A stretch of 58,020 nucleotides of DNA, from NCBI GenBank assembly GCA_030054135.1, contig JASGCN010000003.1, positions 27,758 to 85,777 on the forward strand. The letters are read 5' to 3'. The position numbers and the translations under genes are program-made. Positions 49,428 through 58,020 of this stretch are shown here, in pieces (position 1 is the first letter of the stretch; each line of letters begins with the position of its first letter). The notes beneath the pieces were generated by a model. That model made no database searches, was not told the origin of the DNA, and saw only the letters and a program-made list of their open reading frames with translations. The DNA comes from Alphaproteobacteria bacterium (GTDB taxonomy: Bacteria; Patescibacteriota; Minisyncoccia; Phycocordibacterales; JABAAK01).

Positions 49428-49535
49428 ACGATTGACTGAATGCACTTTTACTTTTTACCGTATTGTTGCACCCAACAATATCACTATATCATACCAATTG
49501 CTCATATACAAATAGACAATGTATACTTATAGTAA

Positions 49536-50927
49536 ATGAAATTCGTATATCTATCCATCGTTCGTGTTTTGTCAATTATTCTCACCATCGTTGTACTTAT
49601 ATATCTTGTCTATTCATTGTATACATACAAAAAAAATAACATTTCAAACCAATACAGCCAAACAAAAAATGCCCTTTTAAACGAAGTGCAAGAATTAGAA
49701 AATACCATTCTTCAAAAAAGAAACTCTTTTTATTGGGATGCGTTTGCTTCTAGTAACACACCACAAACCAAAACAAAAAAAGAAATTGCTCTCGCCAAAG
49801 AAAAATTCAAAAACATTCTTCTCGCCCCCCAATTTAATCAAACTGATTCATATATTGTAGATAGATCATCATTACAAGTGATATATCACATCAAAAAAAA
49901 TGAGCTCCAAGAATCCACCACTCTCCCCCTTGAACTTTCAGAATTATTAAAAACAAATCTCACGCGTGATTTATTTTTTCATTTTGATCCTACTACAAAA
50001 TCTATTATTCAAGAAGAAGAGATCCCAGACGCAATATCACATGAACCACTTCTTGCAACATATATACTACTTCATGTCATTCCATTTGATGAAACATTTA
50101 CAAAATCGTTTACTGAGAAAAATATTTCAATAGTATTTAAAGACCCCTCACTTCAATTGGATCCATGTACCAGCACTACTCAAGTGGCAGAAAATAAATT
50201 CACATTTACAACTACACTATTAGGTACTGACATATGCATACAGGCTCCATTTGAAAAACAAAATAACATCGCCTCCTATATTGCCTTTTTTGTGCTACTC
50301 ACAGTGTTTGGAATAATTATTTTTTTGATACAGTATCTTTTACACTATCTATACAAAAAAAGTATGTCTTCTGAGCCAGCACACAATACCACAGAAACAC
50401 CTACCATCCCTCCACGAGTCCACACGAACACAATATTTAGTTCAGGTACTCCGCCCTCTACAAAAGAAAAAGTAACTGCTGAATGGTTTGAAAAAACAAT
50501 CCAAGAAGAAATATCTCGTGCTGTACAAGAGCGCGCCCTCCCCACTGGAATTGAATTACACACAGAACCAATAGAACAAACTCCTTACAAAAAAGAATGG
50601 TATGGCAATGAGCTACTACTGCGATCAGTTATTGAAAAAACAATTTCTCTTGTAGCACAACATCATTATCAAAAAAATAGCCTATCTCTGCATATTATAT
50701 TTACTGGGAATAGGGTAGATATTACTCTTACGCACGGTGGGAAAAGCATCAGCCACGATGTCATGCTTGCCCTTAAGCACCCTATTCAATATGTATCATT
50801 GCGAAACACTGCACACGAAACGCTCGTGTTTATTCGTCACATGGTTACACATTTAGGTGGAACATTTTCTCTGCACAGTTCAGAAAAAAATGGAAATGCT
50901 TACATTTTTAGTTTCCCACTTGCGTAA
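49536..50927 (+). CDS. Membrane sensor with degenerate HATPase-like domain (pseudo-histidine kinase)
   Basis: TM-extracytoplasmic-TM, Pro/Thr linker, C-terminal HLGGTFSL..SEKNGNAYIFSFP; no H, N or intact G boxes. Confidence 0.7.
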   Translation: MKFVYLSIVRVLSIILTIVVLIYLVYSLYTYKKNNISNQYSQTKNALLNEVQELENTILQKRNSFYWDAFASSNTPQTKTKKEIALAKEKFKNILLAPQFNQTDSYIVDRSSLQVIYHIKKNELQESTTLPLELSELLKTNLTRDLFFHFDPTTKSIIQEEEIPDAISHEPLLATYILLHVIPFDETFTKSFTEKNISIVFKDPSLQLDPCTSTTQVAENKFTFTTTLLGTDICIQAPFEKQNNIASYIAFFVLLTVFGIIIFLIQYLLHYLYKKSMSSEPAHNTTETPTIPPRVHTNTIFSSGTPPSTKEKVTAEWFEKTIQEEISRAVQERALPTGIELHTEPIEQTPYKKEWYGNELLLRSVIEKTISLVAQHHYQKNSLSLHIIFTGNRVDITLTHGGKSISHDVMLALKHPIQYVSLRNTAHETLVFIRHMVTHLGGTFSLHSSEKNGNAYIFSFPLA

Positions 50928-51547
50928 TACCTTTTATATAAAAACATTGCACATATCAGTATCACCCAACTACACACAACTACTGCCATATACGGGAATG
51001 TAATATGTGCATATGAAAAAATACTTCTATCAGTACATTGTGGACCAGTTGCAGAACATGGAAGTGAGCTTTCTCCAACCAGTTGAATGTAGTGATGATA
51101 CGCGGCAATTGATCCTGCAAAAACAGATACGACCAACGCGTACCATTCAACACGAATTTGTGTATACATTGCAAGCAATGACAAAGGAGCTAGTGGATAC
51201 ATCCCTATCCGTTGTAACACACACAATACACACGGTAATACCCCATACGCTACAGAATACAAAAGAGAAGTCGTGATAGAAGAAGCTGATAAAAAGAAAA
51301 TGAAGTACCACCCATACTTCTCTACTACATTAAATAGCACCTTTCGTACTGAAGAGATACAGAGAGATATTACACATACCACGAAGGCAATTTCAAGTAA
51401 TAAAGTCCCTGTCGTTGTCCCCCACACCAACCATTCATATTTTTGAACACTTATATTGAGTGCAAAAAACAAAACAAGGAGCACTTGAAGTGCTGCTACG
51501 AACCCGACTATGTATATACTTTGTGCCTTAAAAACATTTTTATTCAT
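50900..51547 (-). CDS. dsbB: Disulfide bond formation protein B (DsbB/BdbC family)
   Basis: PCVLC..QRIGMYP, second Cys pair PC.....QC, ITFPYM, several TMs; start reset to ATG 51547. Confidence 0.9.
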   Translation of the reverse strand: MNKNVFKAQSIYIVGFVAALQVLLVLFFALNISVQKYEWLVWGTTTGTLLLEIAFVVCVISLCISSVRKVLFNVVEKYGWYFIFFLSASSITTSLLYSVAYGVLPCVLCVLQRIGMYPLAPLSLLAMYTQIRVEWYALVVSVFAGSIAAYHHYIQLVGESSLPCSATGPQCTDRSIFSYAHITFPYMAVVVCSWVILICAMFLYKRYYASGKLKM

Positions 51548-51623
51548 AAAAATAATGTACACATAGTATAAGTTAAATATTGCACATTTACAATTAAACA
51601 TCATAAGCATACAATAGAAACAT

Positions 51624-53159
51624 ATGCAATGGTACCCTCGTTTTGTTCTTTCTTTTTCAATGATGTGTATTGTATTGGTGGTGGTAGTAAGTTACTTTGC
51701 TCTGTTTTCGTACCAACAATATCACACCAAACAAGACATACAAGAAAAAGAAAATGCTCACACTGCTCTTTTGAAGCAAACCTTTTCTTCATTTTTAGAT
51801 ACTATTGCCATGCCTCCAACAAACCCTGTGTGGAACTCAATACTTGTAACACAAAAAAGATTTCAACGCCCTGTCTTTTCTATACCAAACACTGAAAAAA
51901 ATCAACTCTCACTCCAGAAAACCAACATACACACAAGTTATCTCATAGATACTGCGAGTAACACCATACACGCAGAGGTTAAACACCAAAACAAAGAAAC
52001 AATAAACTATACCCAACCAATCCCATTTGAATATATTGTAAAAAATAAACGAGGGCTATCCCCGACAGATATTCTCCCACAGCGTGTTGAGGATATTCTG
52101 AAAGTGAAATATACACTTCTTATAGACAATGGAGGCGACACGCTTCTGTATACAGTTGAAAAAACTCCTGTTGAAAAATCTCTTATTGCCAAAACATTTG
52201 CTGATCTTGTGTTAGTACATGAAACAAATATACAAAAAATAACAGACATGTTCCTGAACGAACAACATGATACCACAGGAGCATGGAGTCTTTCACACAA
52301 CTGCAATAGAGTAGAAAAAGAAAAAGTGAGTGATATTTTTTGTTTACAATCTCAACAAGATATTACAACCACAGCTGCAAAAACACTTGCTACTCGCAGA
52401 CAATTTTTTGTTTCAATATCTGCAACTGCAATAGTACTTCTGCTATTGATATGTGCATATATTATTTTTGCATTTAGCAAAAATACAAAAAAACTCAATA
52501 CACAAGTTGAAGCTCTTGTGGCGTACGCACAAAAAACATCCGCTGGAAACACAAAAGAGCAATTCCCCACCATTCCAGTTCAATCTCCTTTGAAGATACT
52601 TTTTAGCTCATTTGAAACCATTACAAATACAATCAAACCAAAATCAATGAAGACAGCCAATAGAAAAACTATTGCAGCATTTCGTCCAACAAATATCATA
52701 GAACTTATTAAAGATATAAAAGCCACTCTTTCGCCTTTGTTACATAAAAAAGATATCAGTCTCAATATTCCTAAAGATAAAAAATCAATACTATTAAGTA
52801 CAGAACGCATGACTCTTAGTAATATTATTATCGAGCTTATTAGTAACGCATACAAACACACAAATAATCGTGGAACAATTCTAATGACTCTTAACACAGA
52901 TACACGCAACATCATACTATCCATACGCGACACAGGAAAAGGTATCCCTGCACATAGTGTGTATGCTCTGAACGCATTTTTTGAAAAAAAAGAAGCGGCT
53001 CTTGGTAAGGTTGATATTAGTACAGGGTTGTATACCATTAAACAATCCCTATCAAAAATACATGCGACTCTTTCCTTTGAAAGTGTAGTTGGCATTGGTA
53101 CCACCGCAAAACTAACCATCCCTTACCACCCAGACATCAAAAAAGATACTGAGAACTAG
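51624..53159 (+). CDS. Membrane sensor with HAMP and HATPase but no DHp/His domain
   Basis: N box ELISNAYKH, DTGKGI, STGL, GTT present; no H box between HAMP and HATPase. Confidence 0.8.
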   Translation: MQWYPRFVLSFSMMCIVLVVVVSYFALFSYQQYHTKQDIQEKENAHTALLKQTFSSFLDTIAMPPTNPVWNSILVTQKRFQRPVFSIPNTEKNQLSLQKTNIHTSYLIDTASNTIHAEVKHQNKETINYTQPIPFEYIVKNKRGLSPTDILPQRVEDILKVKYTLLIDNGGDTLLYTVEKTPVEKSLIAKTFADLVLVHETNIQKITDMFLNEQHDTTGAWSLSHNCNRVEKEKVSDIFCLQSQQDITTTAAKTLATRRQFFVSISATAIVLLLLICAYIIFAFSKNTKKLNTQVEALVAYAQKTSAGNTKEQFPTIPVQSPLKILFSSFETITNTIKPKSMKTANRKTIAAFRPTNIIELIKDIKATLSPLLHKKDISLNIPKDKKSILLSTERMTLSNIIIELISNAYKHTNNRGTILMTLNTDTRNIILSIRDTGKGIPAHSVYALNAFFEKKEAALGKVDISTGLYTIKQSLSKIHATLSFESVVGIGTTAKLTIPYHPDIKKDTEN

Positions 53160-54391
53160 TGCAGTACTTCTTTCAACAGCGCAGTGGCGCGTATGAGCGC
53201 AAATGTGTTTTTTCCTTTACGCAATAAAAACATTTTTTTATCCTGGGTGGAAGAAAGCACAAGTCCTCCTTGTTTGTACAGAGTATGCCCTTCATTTTTA
53301 CTTTTCACCATGTGCAACGCAACAGCACAATCAACGACGGTTTCTTTTTTTGAAGCTATATGAATGGGTACTTCTTTTGAAAGCATAGTAAGTTCTTTTG
53401 TTTTGAGAAGAGATTTATTTTGTTTATTAAAAAGAATATCTGTAATACGTATGACAGATGCTGTTTTTTCTTTTCCATGCACAACTTCAGTAACCAATCG
53501 AGCAAGAGTTTTTTGAGATTCTCTTTTTTCGGGGTGAGCATTTTTTTCTTGTTCTAGTGTTTCAATTTTTTCACGAGAAAGAAATGTAAATATTTTTAAA
53601 TATTGTATTACCACTTCATCTGGTGTATTGAGCCAAAATTGATAAAACGCGTACACACTTGTTTTTTTTTCATCCAACCATACTGTACCCGATTCAGTTT
53701 TACCAAACTTTACTCCTGTTGTTGGATTAACCACCAATGGAAATGAAAGGATGTGTGCTTCTTGTGCGTCAAGGCGACGGAGTAAATCAACACCTGCGAT
53801 TGAATTACCCCACTGATCAGACCCGCATATTTGTAATGTTACTTTTTTTGTTCTATTAAGATGTACAAAATCATACCCCTGCATAAGTGAATAACTGAAC
53901 TCTGCATAACTAATACCTGCTTCTGCATCATCAAGACGGGTTTTTATAAATTCACGAGCAAGCATTTTACTCATAGGCACATGTTTACCTACATCACGCA
54001 AAAATGAAAGGAACGGTATGTTTTTAAACCAAGAATAATTGTCAACTACAGTAATTGAACTATTGAACAATTTTTTATATTGACTAGTAATATTTTTAAC
54101 ATTACTAAGAATTACTTTTTCAGACAATAAATTCCGTTCTTGTTTTTTTCCGTCTGGATCCCCAATACGACCAGTTGCTCCTCCAACAAGAAGTACTGCT
54201 TTATGTCCTCCTTCTATAAGACGCTTGGCAAATAAAGCCCCCGCCAGATGCCCTACCGTGAGAGAATCTCCTGATGGATCAACACCCCAATAAAAAACAA
54301 TTCCTTTTTTATTGATATCCTCTATGTGTTTATATGTGGTTTGATGTATTAATCCACGCCATGTTAAATCTTCTACCAATGTAGGTTTCAT
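53156..54391 (-). CDS. tyrS: Tyrosine--tRNA ligase
   Basis: YWGVDPS, TVGH, EFSYSLMQGYDF, GSDQWGN, KFGKT. Confidence 0.96.
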   Translation of the reverse strand: MKPTLVEDLTWRGLIHQTTYKHIEDINKKGIVFYWGVDPSGDSLTVGHLAGALFAKRLIEGGHKAVLLVGGATGRIGDPDGKKQERNLLSEKVILSNVKNITSQYKKLFNSSITVVDNYSWFKNIPFLSFLRDVGKHVPMSKMLAREFIKTRLDDAEAGISYAEFSYSLMQGYDFVHLNRTKKVTLQICGSDQWGNSIAGVDLLRRLDAQEAHILSFPLVVNPTTGVKFGKTESGTVWLDEKKTSVYAFYQFWLNTPDEVVIQYLKIFTFLSREKIETLEQEKNAHPEKRESQKTLARLVTEVVHGKEKTASVIRITDILFNKQNKSLLKTKELTMLSKEVPIHIASKKETVVDCAVALHMVKSKNEGHTLYKQGGLVLSSTQDKKMFLLRKGKNTFALIRATALLKEVLH

Positions 54392-54461
54392 AAAAATATG
54401 ATACCATGATTTTTTTTATTAATACACATAATGAAAATAAGATATATACTAGAGATATCGT

Positions 54462-55313
54462 ATGATAAAATTAGACACTCAACAAAAGTATTTTCTTTCT
54501 GTGTGTCTTGTTATAGGTTCTGGTATTGCACTTTTCAGTATTTCTATTATTTATTTAAATAATTTTGGCAATAGAGATGATACTACTACAGCACCTACCC
54601 CCCCTACACCATCTCTTCCACGCGAAGATACCGTATCAGAAAATGGTACTGCCCCGACCCGAACAATAGACATATTTAGTCCTGATACATTTACATCACC
54701 AACAAACGATTTTATTAAAAGCGTACTCCCAGATACTGAAATAATAAGTACCACTGGAGCACAAGTAACAGATTACATACCAGATGCTACCCTCACTAGT
54801 TTTAAAAAAAATCCAATCGATATTACAACAGTAGCAACGGACGAAAGGATATATGCGTTGCGTCCTGTTATTGAAATAAGTCCATTTTTAAATCGTGCAA
54901 AAGCAATTGATATAGAAGTAATTATTGCGTGGACGCATACTGGGTTTGTGAGTGCAGAGAGACTCCCTAAAGAACTAAGTGATGCGATATCTAAAAGTAC
55001 AGCGGACAATTTTTCTTATATAACAGATGTACTTGAAAAATTAAAATCAAGTCGTCTTATTCATTCGTATGTGGTGGGGGATACTACCACTACTCTTATT
55101 GCAAAACAAAACTTACCGTACATTACTATGATTGCGTTTGGCACTAACAAAGAAAATACCTTTATTTCTCATAGAGATGCTCTCATATATCAACCATCAC
55201 AAAAGCAAGCATGGATTCCAAGCCTTGAAATTCCGTTGTATCTATTTAGTTATAAAACACCCTCAGAGACCAGTTTGATAGGAACGCTGTATATTGAACG
55301 AATAGACTTTTAA
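54462..55313 (+). CDS. Single-TM exported hypothetical protein with Pro/Thr-rich stalk
   Basis: 283-aa ORF, N-terminal TM then TTTAPTPPTP. Confidence 0.7.
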   Translation: MIKLDTQQKYFLSVCLVIGSGIALFSISIIYLNNFGNRDDTTTAPTPPTPSLPREDTVSENGTAPTRTIDIFSPDTFTSPTNDFIKSVLPDTEIISTTGAQVTDYIPDATLTSFKKNPIDITTVATDERIYALRPVIEISPFLNRAKAIDIEVIIAWTHTGFVSAERLPKELSDAISKSTADNFSYITDVLEKLKSSRLIHSYVVGDTTTTLIAKQNLPYITMIAFGTNKENTFISHRDALIYQPSQKQAWIPSLEIPLYLFSYKTPSETSLIGTLYIERIDF

Positions 55314-56788
55314 GAACTCTTTTTTGAAAAAGATGCGTGTATCATTTCTCGTACTATTTTTCGTTCATCAAATTGTATTGCTTTTCCTTGAATCATAGTT
55401 GTGTACTCTGCACCTTTTCCAGTGATAATAACCACATCTCCGTCACGTGCAATAGAAAACGCATACGCAAATGCTTTTCGTCTGTCCAACTCGAGATGCA
55501 CTTGTTGCTCTTTTTTTGGTATCCCTATTCCCTCTATAACATGTTTTGCTATTTCTTTTGGATCATCAAAGTACGGATCAATATCTGTTACAATGATGGT
55601 ATCTGCATGTAATTTTGCTGCAGCGCCAATATCTTCTGCGTTGTATATATATCTCCCACCACCCACCGCACCAATAATTGCAATTAACCTGGCTCCTTTT
55701 TTGGTGAGAAGTTTTTTCCCCGCAGAAAGTACTGATCCAACACTGAGTGGTTCGTGTGCATAATCAACAAACACTTCATATCCTTGCCCTTCTTCTATTT
55801 TTTCCATTCTTCCAGGGATGTGGATATTTTTTAATGTTTCATTAATGTAGTAATAATTAAATACTTCTAGTCGTTTTGCTATGAGAATTGCAGGAAGCGC
55901 GTTGTACACTTGAAATGCACCGACAAGACCCAATGTGTATGTATGTTTGTCAAAAACAAATGAAACAGTTTCTTTATTTTCAACAACATTTGTTGCTCGC
56001 ATTAATGATCGCTCACCTAATCCGTATTCTATTTTTGGAACTTTACCCTGAACACATGATGAAAAATATGGCGCGTGATTATCATCTGCATTGAGATATG
56101 CTATCTTTTTTACTTCCTTATTTTGTACAATTTTATTGAACTTAGAATCAGCGGCACGCACAGCCAATTCTTTGAACAGTATTCCTTTTGTGTGTTTGTA
56201 ATTTTCAAAAGTTTTGTGTGTAATAAGATGTTCTTGAGAAAGATTTGTAAAAATAAGAATGTCATACAAAATACCTGCGTGTCTATGTTGAAGGATTCCT
56301 TCTGATGTGGTTTCCACAATTGCAATTGTGCAACCTTTCTTTTTCATGCGTCCTAATTGTTCCTGTACAAATCCTCTCCCTGGCATAGTAAGGTGTTTGT
56401 CATTTGGATACACTTCATCCCCTATGCGAATTTCAACTCCACCCACAAGGCCAACAGTACAACCAAGTGCACTGAGAACAGAATGTAGAATAAGAGAGGT
56501 GGTACTTTTCCCTTTTGTCCCTGTGATGCCAATGACAATCATTTCTTTGGTGGGATCTCCGTAATACCAATTGGCGAGCAGTGCATATTGTTTGTGCAAC
56601 CACAAAACATTTTCTTTTGAAAGAAAATTTTTGATAATATAGCGATATGGCGCAACAAACAAACTTTTTTCAAAAAACCAGTCAACAAGCGCTCTCCAAC
56701 TGAATTGATATTGTACACTAGTACCCACTTTGCGTGCAGGATACTGTGCTATTGTTTTTATTACTTTTTTAATTTCTTCTTTTTTCAT
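55310..56788 (-). CDS. murE: UDP-MurNAc-tripeptide synthetase MurE
   Basis: GITGTKGKST, TMPG, ETTSEG, FTNLSQEHL, PGRME, VDYAH, ITGKG. Confidence 0.92.
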   Translation of the reverse strand: MKKEEIKKVIKTIAQYPARKVGTSVQYQFSWRALVDWFFEKSLFVAPYRYIIKNFLSKENVLWLHKQYALLANWYYGDPTKEMIVIGITGTKGKSTTSLILHSVLSALGCTVGLVGGVEIRIGDEVYPNDKHLTMPGRGFVQEQLGRMKKKGCTIAIVETTSEGILQHRHAGILYDILIFTNLSQEHLITHKTFENYKHTKGILFKELAVRAADSKFNKIVQNKEVKKIAYLNADDNHAPYFSSCVQGKVPKIEYGLGERSLMRATNVVENKETVSFVFDKHTYTLGLVGAFQVYNALPAILIAKRLEVFNYYYINETLKNIHIPGRMEKIEEGQGYEVFVDYAHEPLSVGSVLSAGKKLLTKKGARLIAIIGAVGGGRYIYNAEDIGAAAKLHADTIIVTDIDPYFDDPKEIAKHVIEGIGIPKKEQQVHLELDRRKAFAYAFSIARDGDVVIITGKGAEYTTMIQGKAIQFDERKIVREMIHASFSKKSS

Positions 56789-56815
56789 ACTATGATTATA
56801 CTTAATTTATATATA

Positions 56816-57865
56816 TTATTCTCGTTTTATTATTTTAGCATATATATATTTTCGTAATAAATACAACCGATACAAATTTTTTTGCAATGGAATATCATAT
56901 GTTGGTGAATAATAGATGGGGACTGCGCCAAAACCTAGTTTGAATCTGGTTAATGGTATCAATGATGAAACTGTGTACTCTTGTGTGCTAATGCCTCCAA
57001 GATTTACATACAAATATTTTTTTTTATGATAATATGTGATTGCGGATTCAATCACTGCGTACCCACACGAGGTGTCTCGTGCCACACTGCGTGATGCTCC
57101 GATACAGTAATGCGCTGTGTCCCCATACGGAATAAATACCCCCATGGCAATAGGCGTGAGCGCGTCTTCTTTTGTTTGTTCAGCAATAACAAGAATTGCA
57201 TCTTTATACTCATGCAAATGCTCAAAAATATATCTCGTGTATGCTTCAGTATGTAAAGAAAAATTATTTCTCGTCGCAGTTTCTTTCATCATTTCAAAAA
57301 ATAATTTAAAATATTTTGTATAATTTTCAGTAATAATTTTTGTTGTTACGCCTTTTTTCTCTGCAGTGCGCAATGCGTAGCGAGTGTCTTTGTCTTTCAT
57401 TTTTTGAAGATCTTCTATATGTGTAGGTACTGTTAACAATGCTTCACTTCTTGGTTGCATAAATGATCCCTCGCGCGCGTATGGTGGGACTTCTGGTATA
57501 AAGTGTGAATATGGGAACAAAGGCTCAAAAGGGACAGCATCAAATCGCACAAACAAACATTTCTCTTCTTCTGCAACGCGTGTACCAATACTATAGAGTT
57601 CGTGCATCAAATCTTCAGTGGGCAGTTTTATAATCGGCCCGTGTGGTGCATTGAGAATCTTTATGTGTTTTGAAAGGTCATATACAATGAATTGCACATA
57701 CGCCACCTCAATTACTCCTTCAAAAATAGAAAATCGCCGTACACGTCTTCCTAATGATCTTTGCCAATCTGCGTAGTAATCAGACTGTGCAAGTGGTGGG
57801 TGTTCAATATAATCTGGTGGGTGGTGTGGCTCACTGTGTAATAACTCAACAACGCGATATACCAT
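56816..57865 (-). CDS. FemABX-family peptidoglycan cross-bridge aminoacyltransferase
   Basis: QS..YADWQ, PHGP, TRYALR.AEKKGV, NLGGI, FKLGFG. Confidence 0.88.
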   Translation of the reverse strand: MVYRVVELLHSEPHHPPDYIEHPPLAQSDYYADWQRSLGRRVRRFSIFEGVIEVAYVQFIVYDLSKHIKILNAPHGPIIKLPTEDLMHELYSIGTRVAEEEKCLFVRFDAVPFEPLFPYSHFIPEVPPYAREGSFMQPRSEALLTVPTHIEDLQKMKDKDTRYALRTAEKKGVTTKIITENYTKYFKLFFEMMKETATRNNFSLHTEAYTRYIFEHLHEYKDAILVIAEQTKEDALTPIAMGVFIPYGDTAHYCIGASRSVARDTSCGYAVIESAITYYHKKKYLYVNLGGISTQEYTVSSLIPLTRFKLGFGAVPIYYSPTYDIPLQKNLYRLYLLRKYIYAKIIKRE

Positions 57866-57896
57866 ACTCCATTATGAGTAAATGACCACACATACG

Positions 57897-57927
57897 CAAG
57901 CACACCCCAATGTTTGGGGTGTGCTTG
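57897..57927. terminator. 14-bp perfect hairpin, probable terminator of the edge gene
   Basis: CAAGCACACCCCAA-TGT-TTGGGGTGTGCTTG; no T-tract on the minus strand. Confidence 0.6.
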
Positions 57928-57954
57928 TGAAACTACAATAGAAATTATAGCCTA

Positions 57955-58020
57955 TTATCTTCCCGCTTTTTTATTTTGAAGAGCGAGAATTAATTGATCG
58001 AGTAACATATTGAGTTGAGT
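57955..58020 (-). CDS. 3' end of a CDS running off the window
   Basis: Reads ...TQLNMLLDQLILALQNKKAGR then tandem stops TAA TAG. Confidence 0.55.
   Translation of the reverse strand, partial: TQLNMLLDQLILALQNKKAGR

Noticed and set aside
1..58020. Recoded stop codon (code 25 as in Gracilibacteria/SR1)
   Set aside because: Long conserved genes are uninterrupted under the standard code, and TGA ends genes such as rpoD and rpoB.

Overview
A 58 kb, AT-rich, gene-dense core-genome segment translated with the standard bacterial code. Gene content and reductions suggest Patescibacteria/CPR, Parcubacteria-like; this is an inference, not a computed placement. Almost all housekeeping genes lie on the minus strand: mraZ-rsmH-ftsL-like-ftsI, greA, mreBCD-mrdA, frr, khpA, rpsP, rpoD, dnaG, rpoBC, alaS, mnmA, mltG, valS, argS, tsf, rpsB, prfA, rpmE, rplY, ychF, tyrS, murE and a FemABX gene. 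There are four complete tRNAs (Val-GAC, Thr-TGT, Pro-GGG, Ala-TGC) and one partial tRNA. The accessory part (44.5-53.2 kb) holds a histidine kinase/receiver pair, two DHp-less kinase-like sensors flanking dsbB, and a decayed integrative element at tRNA-Ala carrying an HTH gene, a BcgI-like fused R-M-S enzyme and a serine-recombinase remnant. The most striking observations are four. (1) The RNA polymerase has lost the near-universal trigger-loop motif MRTFH (here VSSVK), with parallel changes in the bridge helix, F-loop and beta link. (2) MreB lacks its ATP-hydrolysis residues. (3) A -10 box sits about 5-6 nt before the ATG of many genes, suggesting pervasive leaderless mRNAs. (4) The Cys-paired pseudo-kinases with DsbB may form an undescribed signalling module. 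All family calls are by motif recognition only; no searches were run. Several starts were moved downstream of the ORF track.
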